Assembly: GCA_965222615.1 (NCBI GenBank)
Contig: CBDCUI010000008.1
Span: 352,001 to 416,000 of the forward strand
Origin: Gammaproteobacteria bacterium
GTDB lineage: Bacteria > Pseudomonadota > Gammaproteobacteria > UBA4575
Length of the DNA stretch: 64,000 nt
Direction: 5' to 3'
Of the stretch, positions 60,972 to 64,000 are shown piece by piece. Every line of letters starts with the position of its first letter. Within the stretch, counting starts at the first letter, position 1. Made by a program: the position numbers and the translations under genes. The notes under the pieces are model-generated. The model saw only the letters and a list, made by a program, of their open reading frames with translations. It was not told the origin of the DNA and made no database searches.

Positions 60972-62849
60972 TTAAGAAAACGATAGAGTTTTTTGATTAG
61001 TAAAACTTCTAATAGAATTTAATATCGACTCAGCATCTAAACCTGCATCTATTAATAATTCGTCTCGAGAGGCGTGATCTAAAAATTGATCTGGTAGCCC
61101 TAGGTTTTTTACTTTAATTGGTTGTTTAATTTTATTTAACACTTCATTTACGGCACTACCTGCTCCACCCATTACAGAGTTGTCTTCAACAGTAATGATA
61201 TAGTCATGCTGATTAGCAATCTGTTTGATAAGTTGCTCATCAATGGGCTTAACAAAGCGCATATTTATCACAGTTGCATTTAATTCTTCGCCCACTTGCA
61301 AGGCCTCATAGGTAGGGCTGCCAAATGCCAAAATTGCAACGGTATTGCCTTCTCGCAGAATCTTTGCTTTACCTACTTTTACTGCATTCAAATTTGGGTG
61401 TACTGGTGCACCAGGCCCAGTACCACGTGGGTAACGTACTGCGGTAGGATTGTTTTGTAGATATGCGGTATACAGCATACGCCGAGTTTCGTTTTCATCT
61501 GCAGGAACCATGACCATCATATTAGGTATACAACGCAAATAAGTAAGATCGAAACTCCCCGCATGAGTTTGTCCATCAGGTCCAACAACGCCAGCACGAT
61601 CGATTGCAAATACTACTGGTAAATTTTGTATCGCTATATCGTGTATAAGCTGATCGTATGCACGTTGTAAAAAAGTTGAATAAATTGCAACGACAGGTTT
61701 TAATTTTTCGCACGCCATACCTGCAGCCAGTGTTACCGCATGTTGTTCTGCAATGGCCACATCAAAATAACGTTCAGGAAACTTATTAGAAAATTCAACA
61801 AGTCCCGAGCCTTCGCGCATGGCCGGAGTAATAGCAACTACATGAGGATCTTGTTCAGCGATATCACATATCCAATCGCTGAATACTTTAGTGTAAGTAG
61901 TTTTGGGTTTTTTGTTTGATTTAACTACACCAACATTTGGATCAAAAGACGGTACGGCATGATAACCGACAGGATCTGATTCGGCCTTTTCATAACCTTT
62001 ACCTTTACGTGTGACAATATGTAATAAACGAGGACCTTTCAAACGCTTCAAGTTTTGTAATGTTTTAACTAAGCCACTGACATCATGCCCATCAACCGGG
62101 CCAAAATAGTGAACACCCATTTCTTCAAATAGGGTGCCGGGGGCCAACATGCCTTTTACATGTTCCTCGGTACGGCGGGCGAGTTCGTGAATTGGCGGAA
62201 TGGGTTCTAAGAGCTTTTTACTGCCTTCGCGCATGGTGGAAAATACTTTGCCAGACAACATTCGTGCTAGGTAATTCGTCATGGCTCCGACATTAGGAGA
62301 AATTGACATTTCATTGTCATTTAAGACTACGAGTAAGTCAGCCTTGCTGTCTCCTAGATGATTTAGCGCTTCATAGGCAAGGCCGGCCGTTAAACCCCCA
62401 TCACCGATAACGGCGATAACTTTGCGATTGTCTCCTTGTTGGTCACTAGCAATGGCCATACCTAAGGCTGCGCTGATTGAGGTACTAGAATGACCGACTC
62501 CAAAATGGTCATACTCACTTTCATTGCGTGTTGGAAAAGGTGCTAGTCCGCCTTTAGTGCGAATACTAGTGATTTGTTGTTTGCGTCCTGTAAGTATTTT
62601 ATGTGGATAGCACTGATGGCCTACGTCCCACACAATTCGATCATGTGGAGTATTAAACACATAATGCAAAGCTGTAGTGATCTCGATTGCTCCAAGGCCT
62701 GCTGCGAAATGCCCACCGCTACTGGCGACTGAGTCAAGCAAAAAAGCGCGTAACTCCTCTGCTACGGTAGGAATCTGATGAAGATCCAGTGCACGTAAAT
62801 CGGCTGGATAATCAATGCCAGATAGTAATGGATAAGGATGCTCAGTCAT
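60972..62849 (-). CDS. dxs: 1-deoxy-D-xylulose-5-phosphate synthase
   Basis: [50 protein letters not shown]. Confidence 0.98.
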   Translation of the reverse strand: MTEHPYPLLSGIDYPADLRALDLHQIPTVAEELRAFLLDSVASSGGHFAAGLGAIEITTALHYVFNTPHDRIVWDVGHQCYPHKILTGRKQQITSIRTKGGLAPFPTRNESEYDHFGVGHSSTSISAALGMAIASDQQGDNRKVIAVIGDGGLTAGLAYEALNHLGDSKADLLVVLNDNEMSISPNVGAMTNYLARMLSGKVFSTMREGSKKLLEPIPPIHELARRTEEHVKGMLAPGTLFEEMGVHYFGPVDGHDVSGLVKTLQNLKRLKGPRLLHIVTRKGKGYEKAESDPVGYHAVPSFDPNVGVVKSNKKPKTTYTKVFSDWICDIAEQDPHVVAITPAMREGSGLVEFSNKFPERYFDVAIAEQHAVTLAAGMACEKLKPVVAIYSTFLQRAYDQLIHDIAIQNLPVVFAIDRAGVVGPDGQTHAGSFDLTYLRCIPNMMVMVPADENETRRMLYTAYLQNNPTAVRYPRGTGPGAPVHPNLNAVKVGKAKILREGNTVAILAFGSPTYEALQVGEELNATVINMRFVKPIDEQLIKQIANQHDYIITVEDNSVMGGAGSAVNEVLNKIKQPIKVKNLGLPDQFLDHASRDELLIDAGLDAESILNSIRSFTNQKTLSFS

Positions 62850-62895
62850 GTTGGTTAATTATGTTAGTAATTAATACTATAGTAATGCTTTAACG

Positions 62896-63792
62896 CTAGG
62901 AGTTCCGCACTACCATGTATTCACTTATAGCGCGTAGGGTATCTCCTTTAGAATTTAACGTTTTTATTTCATTTAATGCTTCATTGAGCAGTTCGTGAGC
63001 AGTATTTTCAGCTTCCTGAATACCCATAATACTTGGATAAGTAGGTTTATTTTGTGCCGCATCTGAACCCTGTGGTTTTCCCATCGTATTTGTGTCGACT
63101 TGTATATCAAGAATGTCATCACGTATTTGAAACGCTAGGCCGATGCAATCTGCAAAATGTGCAAAACGATTGATGGCTACTGGGTCCTCTATATTACTGA
63201 CTGTTACTGCCATTAATACGCTGGCTTTAATCAATGCACCGGTCTTTAAACGATGCATTTGTTCTATTTCATTTTTATCGAGCCGTTTATTTATAGAAGC
63301 AAGATCTATGGCTTGACCTCCAGCCATGCCTAGTGAACCAGATGATTCTGCAAGCAGTTGGATTAATTTTATGCGTTGTTTTGTGGTACTAGCATCGTTT
63401 GCGAGTATTGCAAATGCCAGTGCTTGAATGGCGTCGCCAGCTAGTATGGCGGTAGCTTCATCAAAGGCCTTATGGCAGGTGGGCAATCCACGTCTTAAAT
63501 CATCATTATCCATTGCAGGTAAATCGTCGTGCACTAGCGAATAACTATGCATCAGTTCTACCGCGCAGGCTGAGGTATCTAACTTCTCCAGATCCGTGCC
63601 TAAAGCCTGCCCTGTTGCATACAGTAATGCAGGTCGTATGCGTTTCCCGCCACCTAAAACAGCATAACGCATTGCTTGGTGTAATTTTTTTGGAGGCTCA
63701 GATTCTTCGGGTAACCAGTTTGCTAGTTGTTGATTGATACGATTGGTAAACTGATCAAGGATCTCTTCAATTGCTTTCAAGCAAGTCTCCAT
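62896..63792 (-). CDS. ispA: Farnesyl diphosphate synthase
   Basis: [40 protein letters not shown]; start may be TTG at 63780. Confidence 0.96.
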   Translation of the reverse strand: METCLKAIEEILDQFTNRINQQLANWLPEESEPPKKLHQAMRYAVLGGGKRIRPALLYATGQALGTDLEKLDTSACAVELMHSYSLVHDDLPAMDNDDLRRGLPTCHKAFDEATAILAGDAIQALAFAILANDASTTKQRIKLIQLLAESSGSLGMAGGQAIDLASINKRLDKNEIEQMHRLKTGALIKASVLMAVTVSNIEDPVAINRFAHFADCIGLAFQIRDDILDIQVDTNTMGKPQGSDAAQNKPTYPSIMGIQEAENTAHELLNEALNEIKTLNSKGDTLRAISEYMVVRNS

Positions 63793-64000
63793 CTCTCAGT
63801 TCCGTTTTAACCCAATCTTCTTCTTCCTGACTCAGTAGTGTGATCTTTTGTTCAGCATTTTGCAGTGCTTGGCGGCATTCACGTGTAAGTTTGATCCCTT
63901 GTTCAAACTCTTTAAGCGATTGCTCTAAAGAAAGTTCTCCTTTCTCTAGTTTTTCGACTAAGGCTTCCAGCTGCTTAAGAGACTTTTCAAAATCTATCGA
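63767..64000 (-). CDS. xseB: Exodeoxyribonuclease VII small subunit (5'-truncated; absent from the ORF track)
   Basis: Manual translation: [51 protein letters not shown]; xseB-ispA-dxs order. Confidence 0.93.
   Translation of the reverse strand, partial: SIDFEKSLKQLEALVEKLEKGELSLEQSLKEFEQGIKLTRECRQALQNAEQKITLLSQEEEDWVKTELRDGDLLESN

Overview
AT-rich gammaproteobacterial chromosome segment, mostly housekeeping. It holds the end of the dcw cluster (ftsW-murG-murC-murB-ddl-ftsQAZ-lpxC), dciA, an M23 peptidase, secA, argJ, a Nudix/ThiE-like fusion and a type IVa pilus locus on the minus strand (pilS-pilR-pilA ... pilB-pilC-pilD-coaE/zapD). These are followed by sucCD, nadE, bamD-rluD-pgeF-clpB, proS, bcp, dapA-bamC and dxs-ispA-xseB. 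The main accessory element is a ~14 kb AT-rich island between pilA and pilB. It encodes a TfpW/TMTC-like GT-C glycosyltransferase, a polyprenol-phosphate GT2, a DUF354 protein, an amidotransferase, an alpha-helical sugar enzyme, a bi-domain oxidoreductase, three methyltransferases, a UPF0104 flippase-like protein and a beta-propeller protein. I infer this is a lipid-monophosphate-type pilin glycosylation system. Other oddities are an in-frame CoaE-ZapD fusion with no yacG, a perfect FNR box before pilB, a high-GC orphan solute-binding gene with a structured leader, a secreted 11-mer repeat protein, a covarying REP-like family and two intergenic regions rich in GGA-loop hairpins. Two single-base frameshifts (murG, DUF4124 gene) suggest assembly indel errors. 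No rRNA, tRNA, CRISPR array or transposase was seen. All family calls are from motif recognition, not database searches.
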